A DNA stretch of 64,000 nucleotides. It comes from Thalia democratica (Eukaryota). Location of the stretch: positions 9,982,001 to 10,046,000 of the forward strand of contig OZ241830.1 in assembly GCA_965202585.1 (NCBI GenBank), in the 5' to 3' direction. Within the stretch, counting starts at the first letter, position 1. The number at the start of each line of letters is the position of its first letter. Below the pieces are notes generated by a model. The model saw only the letters and a program-made list of their open reading frames with translations, searched no databases and had not been told where the DNA came from. Shown piece after piece: positions 24,501 through 34,758 of the stretch. The position numbers and the translations under genes are program-made.

Positions 24501-27500
24501 AACTAATACATTACTACTAAATGATTTAATTTTCAAATAAAATGTTCTTGTCATTCTAGACTTTACTAATAAAATTTATATTGTATAGTAAATATAAGTT
24601 TAAGTTTAAGTTATCAATCAATAAAAGAAAGATATTGATAGCTTACTTAAGTTTTAGTTGAATAAGTAATTTAAAAATTTTAAATCATAACTATTTAAAA
24701 TCAAAAAACATTTCTTTCAGTTCAAACTGACTTAAAAGTAAAAAAAAAATAACAAATTATTCAAAAGCATGGTATTATGTTTCTGGCAAAAAATCAAAAG
24801 TGTTAGTAATTCACGTTATTTAAACAAATCGTGAATTAGCTTTAATTATGACTTATTATAATTAATGAGTTATATATCAAGTTGAATATTTAAAAGTAAA
24901 ATTCATAAACCAGTCACATTGTATATGTTACATGTTTATTTATAAGTTACATAAAAGTTGATACAAAAAACGTTTACTTTAAGAATTTGAAAACGAAATG
25001 TTTTATTTGCATTGTAAAAAGCAACAACATTCCTTAAATTTTAAACATTTTTAAATATTTTGCGCCTTAAAAAAATTAATGTTTCTATCTATTTTTTACT
25101 ACAGTACATTATTTTAAAAACTAATATTTGCTGTGTCTTTTAATATGAAGAATAATAAAAGTATACTAGTATAAAAACTTTATAAGCACATTTTTTATTT
25201 ATTCTTTTATTCTAAAGTTAATTAAAAAAAGAATTAAAGAATGACTTCATAATTCAAAATTTTTTTTATAACACACTTAAACTATACTTAGCTTGAATCA
25301 GAAAAATTAAGTTTAAAGTTGTTATGTTGCCTAGTATTTTCACCAGCCAAAAAATAAAATTTCGATCAATTAAAAGCTGATAGTAGTAAATTTGCACTTA
25401 GTCGACACTTGCTAAAATTACCAGCAAATTTTTCTATAGATTTATCAAGTTTATAAGCTTGGACTGAACAACTCTATTTTCAAGTTTTACTAGTACGTTT
25501 TACTATAAAGTTTATAAGTTTAAGCTTATTTAAAACAGTTGCCTTAACTTAGTAGTAACTTTTGAATATATTTATTGAAATTTAATAAGCATGTTAACAA
25601 AATTTTACTTTAGAGAACACAAAAAATTACTAAAAAAAAAACAAAATGTAGATCAGACTGTAGAAACTTCTGTCCAAATTTATACAAAACTATTTCGTAA
25701 ACGATTAATCAACTCACTCGGAAAGTTCCAGTTTTTTAACATCTACGTCCGCATCGTTTTTAGCCAGAGCTTGAAGGTTTTTCAGAGAAAGGTTTAGCAT
25801 GGTGTCCAGAAGGAACATCTGGGAAAACTCCCTCAACCAAAACCTGAAAAGTGATTTATTTGCTTTCACATTGGTTTACGAATTTCTCAGGGGTTTCACT
25901 TTTGTATACTATTTGGCAGTGCTTGTTTAAAAGAGTTTCAAATTGATTTCAAACCAAAGACTGAAGCTTTAAAGTACTAAATAGAACAATATTTTTACTT
26001 AATTTTTTAAAATAATGAAAACAAAACATTTGACACGCAAAACTTTAGTTTGTAAACTTTAGTAGGTTATAACAAGTATTAGTTCTTAAAAACTAAAAAG
26101 AAAATCAAAAGTGCTTGCAATTCAACGAATTTGAAGAACTAACCTGACTGCCAAGAAAAGTTTCTTTTTATAGCTTGCATCTTCTATATTTTCCTTGTAC
26201 GTGTTTCCAACAAAGCGTGTAGTTAAGGAAATAACTCAAATTGTAAAAAGTTTTATATGTAGATAAATACTATAAAGTTAGGAAGCTTATTCCGTATAAA
26301 TACTTAAAACAGTTGTGCTATGTTTCTAATAACGCGTAAATCAAAATAAATAACTTAAATATTTTTATAGAACAAAATCTATACTTTTAGAAAATATTAT
26401 TTTTTAAAACAAAACAAAACTTGATAATTTTAGGAAGTAATACTTGTTCAACAACTAAATAAATGAACATATTAAAATACAATATTTGTTTTGACTTTGT
26501 GCATATATCGAATTAAATTATTACTTTCTGTAATTAATTATAGTTTTGAACGAAGCTTATTTGAAACTATAAAGCTAAAACTTCCAGTTTAATTTTAGAA
26601 AAAAGGAAGTATTATATCAAGTTTTAATGATAAAAGAGTAACTTTATACTTACAAAAACAATGTTACTACAAAAATAGATGTTTAACATAAAACTTTGAC
26701 AAAAACCGGAAAACCCTTATTGTTTTCACACCTAATTTAACAAAGAAAGATTTAAAAGGCAATATTTTCAGTAAATCTATTCAAGTCTAAATAAAAAATA
26801 AACAACCATGCACGTCATTAAGCTAAACTTAGGTTGAAATTTAAAACATTCAGTTTCAACTGTCATCTTTTAATATTATATTTTAATGACGAGCTATAAG
26901 CTTCTGATAAGCTTTTGATGTTATGACTTAACCGAAATAAATATTAAATATTGCTGTAGTAAAAACGGTAAACTTGGTTATGTAAAATTATCAAAGGAAG
27001 TATTTTATAGTTTTAAAACTTAACTATAAAAACAAAAAAAAAAGTAATGCATTTCTATTTTCAAAAATCTGCTTACTTCTGACTCTTATCAACATTTTAA
27101 TCACAAATTTAGCTTAAACAATTTATTCTATCTTTGTAATAAAAAATGTCTTTTTATAAAAAAATAGCTCTATCTCACTTAATAGTATTTTTTTAGTTAT
27201 TACAATGCCTTTTTAAACTATACCTGATTTGATATGTTACACTACATTAAACAACTACTTAGTTAATATATATTTTTATAACTAATTATTCATATTATGA
27301 CGTAACAGAAGGATATTTTTCAACGAAGATGTTCATGAGATTCTCAGACGTGGTGAACCAATGGTGTGCTACGAAAAATTTTCTCGGAAACCCTTCATCG
27401 ACACAAGCTGCATTGTCAGCGTCTGGAATATAAAAACAGTTGAAATGTGTTGAAAAATTTCTAAAACTATTTGTCGTTACAAGTTCCATTATCAGTTGAA

Positions 27501-30500
27501 ACAATTTACAAAAGTTAAATTTAAAAATAAATTTCAGCAACAAAGTCATTGTAATAACATCAAAATACGTAACAGGTGTTAACGAAAAATGAAAACTTTA
27601 TTCTCAGCGTGAATTTAGATGTTTTTTAAAGTTTAGACATGACCATTCTTTCTAGGAAGGTTTAATATTTTTGAGTAATTTAAAAAAAATTACAAAAAGT
27701 TCTGGTTATTTTTTTTTATGTTAACCTTTAATAAAGAAATAATCGAAACTTTTTAAAATATTGGTCGGTGTAACTTAAGTAAAACAGAATAAAAACAATA
27801 AAAAACAAGTTAAGACAAACTTTTCTAGGATTAAGTTTTAAATAAAATATTTAACCATTTTAATCTTAACAGTCTTATTTTTATACTTTCACATAAAAAA
27901 CTTAGTTTATTATTTTAGCCTTTTACTTTATGTAACAAATAAAACCTTCAAGGAATAAATGCAAGGTCAGTCCAAGTAAAATGTTTAGTTGTGTAAATGT
28001 GTACATATATATATATGTATACATACCATATGCCTGACAGAACTGATTTTAAATTAATTATTTAAAGACGTCGAGTTAAGAAGGGATTTCAAAGTTTTGA
28101 TTTTGTAATACATATACCAGGCAGTAAAAAATAAAGAAGTTATTTGAGGTTTGAGACTTATTACACTTATCAAAAAATTTACTGACATTCGTATATTATA
28201 AATCGTGTATATAAATAAGATAAAAAAGTCTTTTTCAAGCAGAACTTGAAACTTAAGCTTGTTTTAAATTGAAATGCACCTTTAATTTAAAAACATAATA
28301 AAAGAGTAAAAGTGTTTTTCATTGTTTTTATTTTATAAATATTTCTAAAATAGGTTATTTAAACCTTATATGGTTGATAAGACTTAGTTTTTTATAATGA
28401 TACTAGTAACCTATCTTCAAAAACGTAGTGATATATTACCTAACTAAAAATACATAAACCATATGTTTAAATGAAAATATTCGAAATCATTATTCAAATA
28501 AATCTGTGCTTTCCTAATTTTTGATATTGTAACTTAATTTTAGAAAAACAAAAATATTAAAGCACGGTTTACTTTAAGTCAAAAAAATAATTTAATAGTT
28601 TAAGTCAACAAGTTACGTAATAAAAACCTGTTAAAATATACTTACGCACAAATTACTTTACCTATATAAATTTAGTGGCACTTAAATAAAATATACTGTA
28701 TTGAACATTAAAGAAAAAAATAAGTTTCAAAATGTTACAAAATAGTTCTGAAAACATAAATTTACTACTAAAAAAGCTTTAATTAAAACTAGAAAGTTTT
28801 ATTTTTTAAACTATTACTAATCACGTAACAATTTGTTAGGTTTTTTAATAAAAAATAAAAGTATGATTTTTATTATAGATAAAAAGAAATAAATTTTGCT
28901 GGCGGATTTCGTGGCAAAGTGTGAAAGTGTGTTTTTAAAATAAGTTTTTTTTTTTTTTACTTTATTTAAAAGTTAAAGTTAAGTTAAAACTTTTTTTTTG
29001 GCGTTATTATGTACATTGTCAAATACTATATCTGCTTTTGAAAGAATAACAATAGTATCAAAATAGTTAAAACTAATAAAACTGAAAAAAAAGAGTTCTT
29101 ACAAAAATTGTTGTTGTACAAACAAAACAAATAACTAAGGTAATTGTGACAAAACACATTTGAATAAAAAACTAACTTAAAGTTAGATCTAAATAGTTTA
29201 AGTTATTTTTATACAAAATACCAAAAATAGAAGTATTTGCACGACAAAGGCTTAAATGTTCGTTCGACCACCTATTGGCTATGTATGACAGACAGCATGC
29301 AAATTCAAAACGTTATTGTTAATAACTCAAGCACAAACAGTTGGGGATTAATCTTTTTTAGTTTGCTAGTTTACATTAAAAATTGATACTGATTTAACAA
29401 AGCTTAAGTCTGAAAAACAAATCAGAAAACTAATTGACTTAATAGTTTTGTCAGAAATACTTTTTGCTGCAAAAATTAAGAAAAATGCAATAAAAATATT
29501 ACAATCTGCAAGAAAAGTGATTCTAAATGTTCGCTATGTTTTTGTTAGCCAACGAATCATTTATTTAAAGGTTAACTGTTCTCTTTTCCGTTTATAAATA
29601 AACGTGCCTAATTTACAGTTGACTTTACAGCTAAGACTTCAATTGTAATAAAAAACATACCGTTACAAAAACTATCTTGATTTGTTTCAAATTATCAAGT
29701 ACCAAATCGTAAATGTAAAATAAAGTTGTGGCTAATCGAACAAGCAAATAAACTTTCAAGTTCTTATGCTAAAAAAGTTTTTTCTTAATTATAAGTGTGT
29801 TGACTAAAAATAATCTACGAATCAAACAAGTGCTAATACCTACCAAGTTCATAACATTTAGCGACATAAACAGTTCTAAAACGAAATAACTATGAAAACT
29901 ATCATTTAAAATTTACCAATTAAGTCACCTAACGAAGTGCATTAATCTTCAGTAAAACAACAAAGCAACAAAAAAAAACACGTAAACAATTAAGTTAAAA
30001 AATGAACCAAATGTCTGACTAACCGAACAAATGGATGCACCGATCAACCAAGTTCTCCACTTTGTCAGGAACCAGGTCCTCCTGCCTGGCTTTCTCCAGG
30101 GCGAACATCGATGCAGATCTGAACAAGAGGGGTATCCTGAAAATTTGATAAATAAATTTACACATATAAACTCTATATAAATACTGAAAATTATATAAGC
30201 TGATATGTATAGTTTATATATATGCATCTATGTAAAAGTGTATAAATCTACATATCAACACTTTTTGTGAAAAAAAATGTCTTGTTTTACTCGCTTTGTA
30301 AAAAAAAACATAAAACTTTACAACAAACTCAAACCTGGACGACCCAGTGACGTAATCACTGGCTTTTATGACGTCACAAGGATAGCTTTTGCGGCTGCTG
30401 CGAAGTTTTCCGCTTCGGAGTGAGCGAAACAGTCGGAAGTTCTGTGGCGTCATAGTTGTTTAGATAGACGTTAGAAAAAATAAATATTAAAAATAAAACT

Positions 30501-33500
30501 ACTTTATTTGCAATACTCATTGCATTTTAATATGTTAACTGTTTAAATAGTCTAAAAAACATAAAACAATATTTTTTTTAAAGTTTAAGATTTGTTTAGT
30601 TGATTTAAAAATAAAAAAACTAAAGTTTATAAAATTTTATGCATCATAAGCGGTAAGTTGGTTTGAAAGTTTAAAGAGCTTATTTCATATATTTACCTTA
30701 ACTTACTAGAACCAGCTGAAAAAACATTGTACATGTTGGAAAAAAAAAACTGAAATAGTGTAAAAACTAAATTAATCATTACTTAAAAATGATGCGTTGG
30801 TTTCAATTAACTTAATAAAATATTTGCATTATTTTCATGTCAGTTGATACACAAGTTTTTACGGCCAATTAGAAATAAAGTGTTTTAAACTTTGCGAAGA
30901 ATTTTCGATGAAAACATTAATCATTGTTGTATTACGTAATATTATTTTTACTGAACTTTGGACTTTATAAATTATTTTTCTGATAGAAGGAATTATAATT
31001 ATAATGATTCATTAATAAAAACATAATTAAGCACATTTTAAACAAAAAGTAAAGTTAATTCAGTAGGTTAAGTAAAAAAAAATTGTTAATTGTTATCTAA
31101 GTAAAAAGTTCATTATTTTAGTTTAAATCTATATTTAAAAAATAAACTATTAAGTTTATTGATAAAAACACATTTAATAACTGAAACTTAGATGCTATAA
31201 TTATATTAAAGCATTTTCTTTATCTTAAATAAAAGACTAAAAGGTATAAGCATTGTATAAAAAAGCTGTTTAATATCAAAAAAACTTTAAATCATCACCT
31301 AAACGATTTACTAGTGGTTAAAGTTTGTTGTAAAACTACAGTTTCACAGTGGTAACAATTCCAGTGATCATCGGTTACAACTTAGTTTATTGTAATAAAT
31401 TTAATAAGTTTTTGTAACTGTTAGTATTTGGTATTGTTACTATTGTGAAACTGTAGTTTTACAATAAAATTAAATGCCTATCAAATCGTTTGTCTAAATC
31501 TATTTTGAGCAAAGTTTTATTATCTTAATTGAAGTGATTTGTAATGATATAAATCAACAATTAAAATTTTAAGATTGTTAGTAGAATAAGCTTAATAAAA
31601 ATTTTAGTAAGCAATGTAGAGACTTTCAATAGAATTGCAAATTAGTGCATCGTTTTTATACTTTATACTATATTTGCCATAGTTGGTTATAAAAGCATAC
31701 AAACTAAACTTAATACTTAATTGAAATTCATTAAACATATTTAAAATTGTGTTAAATAAAAAAAGAAAAGAAAATTGCACAACTTATGTATAAAACTTTG
31801 ATAATTTAATATTTTTTTAAACTTTGAAATTACTTTTTAATGCATAAACCAAAGCAATAACAATGTAACTTAAATATTTCTAAGTCAAACTATATGTAAA
31901 AACAAATTGATGAAACTATTACTTAAATTTAGTATACAGTACTGAAATGTTTTGTATATTATTAGAAACATATGAATATAACCAAGAAACCACAGTTATG
32001 AACTAGAAGAAGCATACAAAAAAATGTTTAAAATACTGAAACACTTGCTTACACCAGTAATTGAAACTTAGCAAGTTTGTGTAATTAATTTTAATGAGAC
32101 AATTCAAAATGAACAAAAATATATAAACAATTGTTTTAAATTAATATCAAAAATACTTTAAGTTCATTAGTAAAGTGATCAGTTTTTAAGTAACTAATTT
32201 AATTAAATCAATAGTAATTTTAATTAGTTTTAAAAGATTTCAAAAAAACTTTACATTAATGGTACAGTAGCGGTTTTTTAAGTAAAAACTGATAAAAAAC
32301 AAAAAAATATTAAAAACCAAAGAAATAAAAAACTTTATTCATGAAGGGAAATAAATAAAAAATCAATTAAAACCAACGAACAAACTTTCAGTTCGGTGGA
32401 GCGATTCCTGCCGCCCGATGACGTGATCGTTACGTCACAGCTCCTCTGACTCCTCGTTACGTCACAGTCCCTCTTTATTTTGTTGAAGCAAGTCTGGCTC
32501 CTGCTGCGCTGCTGCTGTTGTGACGTCACTATCAGCTTCGACTTGTCGCTTACCTGTTTGGTAAAATAATATTTTGTTTAAGTACTGTTTTGAAATATAA
32601 AAAAAAACAGCGTTGTATATAATGGTAAAAATTAAATATAAGTATTAATAAATAGCATAAGTTTCTATAAGCTATATTTACAACAAAACAAAAGTGGTAA
32701 GTTTAGTAATAAGTTTTCACAAATAAAAAGTCTACACTCTGTTATTAAACTGTTTTAGCAAAGTTTTACTTAAGACAAACTTGGAAAACAGTTGAAAGTT
32801 TTTAATTTTGAAATAACAAAACAAAGCTAAGGAAACATTTTGTAGAGTTTGTACTAGTAACTAGCTTTGTAAACAGTGTGCTAAACAAAAATTACAGTGA
32901 AGCTTTAGGCTTTGAACCTTATAGATTATTATATTTAACACAATAAGTTTTAGCAAGCTAAACATATTTTAGCAGATATATTTAGATTTGATTATAGTAA
33001 ATTTCTTACAGCTTAGTGCTAAATATTTATACATTTACAACTCAAGTTTTGTGCTATGTAAATAACAATTTTTTGCTTTGTTGTGTAGTTAGTTGTGAAA
33101 AAAAAATTCTATTAATACTTAATATGTATTACAACTAATATTAAGATGATTATATATAACAAAAAACAAACAGTACTTTGCTTAATAAAATTACTTACAG
33201 AGGTGCTTAGTATTATCATAACAAAGAATGTATGAGGCTAATGAAAAATTTTCAGCTGTGATTACAGTTGAAATTCCCTAATATAAGATACTTGTAACAA
33301 AAGTACATCGTTAAATTGCAAATCTAATAAAAGTTTTATTAAACTAAAAGTTTAAAGAAAATAACTTGGATTAAATTTTTTAACTGCATTTTAAAATAAG
33401 TGAACAAAGAAAAAAATTCAAACTTGTAAGGAAACTTTATAACAATGAGCTTAATGTACATCTTACAAACTAATATTATTACAAAAGTTTACTTACTAAG

Positions 33501-34758
33501 TTCTAATAAAATTTTTTTTTAAATTTTTAAATGATAAGAAACTAAATCAGATCATCACTGTATCAAACAAATGAAATAAAAACTAATTTTACTTTTTAAA
33601 CAAACTACTTCAAATCTAAACGAGATTATAATTTAAATATAAAGTAAAACTTGTAAAACACATATTCAAACTTTAACATACTTTTTCAACTGGCATACAC
33701 AACCTAACAGACATTTCCTCAAATTCAATTCAAAACGTGCTTCCACATAAACTAGCAACGTAAAGTCAAAAGAATGAATGTATCAGTTTTGAAATGCAGT
33801 TTGATGCTTTTCAGCGTTTGATTGAGAATATATGCAAAAATCGTGATCATGAAAGGAAGTAGTTACAATTTTTGGCGCGAAACTTATTTATTTGAAACCT
33901 ACACGTTCATATAACTTGCTTTTGTAAAAAACTAAAGGTAATGAAATTTGCTTTTTATTCTTTTGTTTTTTGAATATAAGTTCTCATTGTGTTTAATTTG
34001 CAGGAAAAATATTTCTCTCAAACAATGAATCTAACTATTTTTAGTCGTTTTTACTCCTTCAGAGTTTAACTATTAATAGTTTAAATCTTTGAATAGAAAA
34101 GAAAGATTCATACACTAAAAGTTGAGTTCATTTAAATCGTTATATGCAACAATCGCTTAAAAATACATTTTACAACTTATTTTAGATATTAAGTTTTTAT
34201 GTAAACTAAGTTATTAAAGTAATCATTTAATAGAAAGGCATTTTAACAATAACTATTGAAACTAGTAACTATTAATAAGTATTGACTCAAATCAAATAAA
34301 ACTAGTTTGCAAATTATACAACTACCGTCAGTGGTTATTAGTAGCAAATACAATAACATGTTTGCTCTACCTTAACTTTACTGCATTTATTGTCATGTAT
34401 AGAGTGATAATCAATCGAATGAATATTATTCAATGATCTCACAAAAAGTACTTTAACTAATTAAAAACAATAACATATGTACTATGAAACTTCAAATATA
34501 TTATGATTAAAAAAGCAAAATATGCATCTGACATATATTTAGTTACTTTTGCTTAATTGTTATCAATTTTATTTAATAATTTACAATGACGCGATGTTTT
34601 ATGGTCGGACTCGGAGTTACTGAACCGTGAATTTGTTTCAAGTTGGGGGAATTTTGAAACCACTTTCCCGCCAAAGAAACCTCCGAGAACCTCCTCATTG
34701 CTCGCTGCTTCAGCGGGGACTTTTTCGTTGTGACGTCATTGAAGTTTCGGTGAGGCAT
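5147..34758 (-). CDS. RASGRP: RAS guanyl-releasing protein (RasGRP/CalDAG-GEF family), ~25 exons, ~1040 aa
   Basis: Manually spliced exons with matching phases give REM (VENLVDRCIHLFDAD...RFWLREF), CDC25 GEF (KYSLVFNHLKPHELAIHISYMEYKCFRRLS...NFNTLRAIVGAL...EDEIYKLSEIREPR), two EF loops (DLDCDGLISEEE, DTDKDGYISTGE) and a C1 domain ([50 protein letters not shown]). This domain order is diagnostic of the family. The 5' and 3' terminal exons are less certain, and the vertebrate paralog number cannot be assigned. Confidence 0.95.
5494..5626 (-). CDS. RASGRP: RasGRP exon 24 (FLYPPTIPTNQ...NYSNE)
   Basis: tttttcag / GTCAGA; open in phase 2. Confidence 0.55.
6198..6297 (-). CDS. RASGRP: RasGRP exon 23 (GISSGCSSSF...YGGTR)
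   Basis: atttcag / GTGAGA, phase 1/2. Confidence 0.7.
6298..6695 (-). repeat. intron 22 composed of tandem ATTTCAG|GTA...ACGTCATCCTCATT units plus a (TA)n microsatellite at ~6524-6566
   Basis: acgtacctgaaattaactt at ~6493 and ~6602; atgaggatgacgtaat repeated; long TA run. Confidence 0.85.
6696..6754 (-). CDS. RASGRP: RasGRP exon 22 (CDSGVSGCSGGNSSSGAIS)
   Basis: ttttag / GTATGT, phase 2/1. Confidence 0.7.
6983..7253 (-). CDS. RASGRP: RasGRP exon 21 (GSMSVTSSPSF...DVSMQR), Ser-rich tail
   Basis: tcaacag / GTAAAA, phase 1/2; matches ORF-track 6979..7248. Confidence 0.75.
7613..7756 (-). CDS. RASGRP: RasGRP exon 20 (KLFPLYESAY...ETSRT), tail
   Basis: ttttcag / GTGAGC, phase 1/1. Confidence 0.75.
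7813..8060. repeat. diverged intronic tandem duplication (period ~168)
   Basis: aagcgtgcagaactgcaaattg... versus aagtgtgcagagttgcaaattg... Confidence 0.7.
8384..8731. mobile_element. MITE of the TGCACG-repeat TIR type, in RasGRP intron 19
   Basis: imperfect TIRs (GGAACGGGTCAAAACTGCACGA and GGAAGCTGTCAAATTCGCACGA), internal TGCACG repeats, flanking direct repeat ATTATAAT (8376-8383 and 8732-8739). Confidence 0.75.
8866..9033 (-). CDS. RASGRP: RasGRP exon 19 (EEQPLDDETFERAN...DGLI), tail
   Basis: ctaac branch-like motif plus ccgccag; open only in phase 1; GTTAGT donor. Confidence 0.75.
9453..9589 (-). CDS. RASGRP: RasGRP exon 18 ([18 protein letters not shown]...), end of C1; 1 nt short of the phase needed downstream
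   Basis: tttttaag acceptor; the strong GTTAGT donor gives phase 0, but exon 19 needs phase 1. Confidence 0.8.
9961..10160. mobile_element. second copy of the CTACAGTTTCACA-TIR MITE (interior inverted relative to the 31.3 kb copy)
   Basis: same TIR core; interior GTTGTAACCGATGATCACTG is the reverse complement of CAGTGATCATCGGTTACAAC at ~31362-31381. Confidence 0.6.
10431..10467 (-). CDS. RASGRP: RasGRP exon 17 ([12 protein letters not shown]), C1
   Basis: ttttacag / GTTAGA, 37 nt, phase 0/1. Confidence 0.92.
10526..10806. repeat. diverged intronic tandem duplication (period ~150)
   Basis: aataacaaaaaatatgaat...tttaacacaataa..agaaaaaaa.cttg present twice. Confidence 0.7.
12219..12257 (-). 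repeat. intronic copy of the exon 16 3' end ([19 protein letters not shown])
   Basis: colinear with 12322-12360. Confidence 0.9.
12322..12475 (-). CDS. RASGRP: RasGRP exon 16 (DGYISTGE...[20 protein letters not shown]), EF-hand 2 and first half of C1
   Basis: cacacag / GTAAGT, phase 2/0. Confidence 0.95.
13063..13178 (-). CDS. RASGRP: RasGRP exon 15 (SVFKAYDLDCDGLISEEEF...DTDK), EF-hand 1
   Basis: ccaacag / GTTAGT, phase 0/2. Confidence 0.95.
13271..13396 (-). repeat. two intronic copies of the exon 15 acceptor plus 5' end
   Basis: 13271-13303 reads SVFKAYDLDYD after ttccaacag; 13367-13396 is decayed. Confidence 0.88.
14509..14619 (-). CDS. RASGRP: RasGRP exon 14 (SPSNK...RQHVSNIVD), linker
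   Basis: attacag / GTTAGT; resembles ...SKHVQRMVD. Confidence 0.88.
15498..15656 (-). CDS. RASGRP: RasGRP exon 13 (ELIEMQ...EDEIYKLSEIREPRR...), end of GEF domain
   Basis: tacacag / GTATGT (alternative GT 3 nt upstream). Confidence 0.93.
16271..16379 (-). CDS. RASGRP: RasGRP exon 12 (AIVLKDLIAV...KINVKKL...GIFE), GEF
   Basis: aaacag / GTATGT, phase 2/0. Confidence 0.93.
17072..17172 (-). CDS. RASGRP: RasGRP exon 11 (TLEKF...NYSKYRRAY...FKVPI), GEF
   Basis: attcag / GTAAGT, phase 0/2. Confidence 0.93.
17745..18106 (-). repeat. 108-nt tandem repeat = last 40 nt of exon 10 plus intron start
   Basis: ttttaccttcatagc... at 17845, 17953 and 18061 (period 108); degenerate fourth copy at ~17745. 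Confidence 0.92.
18067..18183 (-). CDS. RASGRP: RasGRP exon 10 (KLHEMNNFNTLRAIVGAL...DAMK), GEF
   Basis: tttgcag / GTAAAA, 39 codons. Confidence 0.93.
22135..22308 (-). CDS. RASGRP: RasGRP exon 9 (VADYLEY...FLQIAE), GEF
   Basis: ttctcag / GTTAGT, 58 codons; inside ORF-track 22114..22320. Confidence 0.95.
23539..23811 (-). repeat. intronic copies of the exon 8 3' end plus donor
   Basis: copies at 23782-23811, ~23717-23731, 23606-23644 and 23539-23556. Confidence 0.85.
23862..24021 (-). CDS. RASGRP: RasGRP exon 8 (CNFG...KYSLVFNHL...KCFRRLS), start of GEF domain
   Basis: ttttaag / GTTAGT; resembles [32 protein letters not shown]. Confidence 0.93.
25718..25843 (-). CDS. RASGRP: RasGRP exon 7 (FWLREFSQMFLLD...LELS)
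   Basis: ttttcag / GTGAGT, phase 2/2. Confidence 0.9.
26144..26200 (-). CDS. RASGRP: RasGRP exon 6 (YKENIEDASYKKKLFLAVR)
   Basis: AC acceptor, AG|GTTAGT donor, 57 nt, phase 2/2; resembles RasGRP1 YKDALAK...ICYFVR. Confidence 0.88.
26201..27316 (-). other. U12-type (minor spliceosome) AT-AC intron, 1116 nt
   Basis: 5' end ATATCCTT, branch site TTCCTTAAC at 26230-26222, 3' end ...aacAC; only this junction keeps the frame (VEK|YKEN). Confidence 0.9.
27317..27422 (-). CDS. RASGRP: RasGRP exon 5 (DADNAAC...NIFVE), REM
   Basis: ttccag acceptor; ends at the U12 donor ATATCCTT. Confidence 0.9.
30024..30136 (-). CDS. RASGRP: RasGRP exon 4 (IPLLF...VENLVDRCIHLF), start of REM domain
   Basis: ttttcag acceptor, G|GTTAGT donor; resembles RasGRP1 LDDLIDSCIQSFD. 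Confidence 0.9.
30335..30453 (-). CDS. RASGRP: RasGRP exon 3 or alternative first exon (MTPQNFRLF...GSSR)
   Basis: own ATG at 30453, or an in-frame acceptor ccacag before 30441; donor AG|GTTTGA, phase 2, joins exon 4. Confidence 0.7.
31328..31464. mobile_element. MITE-like element, perfect 21-bp TIR
   Basis: TTGTAAAACTACAGTTTCACA ... TGTGAAACTGTAGTTTTACAA; related copy at 9961-10160. Confidence 0.65.
32386..32553 (-). CDS. RASGRP: RasGRP exon 2 (VSDKSK...STELK), low-complexity N-terminus
   Basis: acceptor ttaccaaacag, donor AAA|GTTTGT, 168 nt, phase 0/0, open frame. Confidence 0.6.
34585..34758 (-). CDS. RASGRP: RasGRP exon 1 (putative start, MPHRNF...KHRVI)
   Basis: GC-rich island; first ATG after an in-frame TAA at 34867-34869; donor ATT|GTAAAT, phase 0. 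Confidence 0.6.

Noticed and set aside
33870-33882. Perfect E2F-like site TTTTGGCGCGAAA in intron 1
   Set aside because: It is a single motif with no supporting context.
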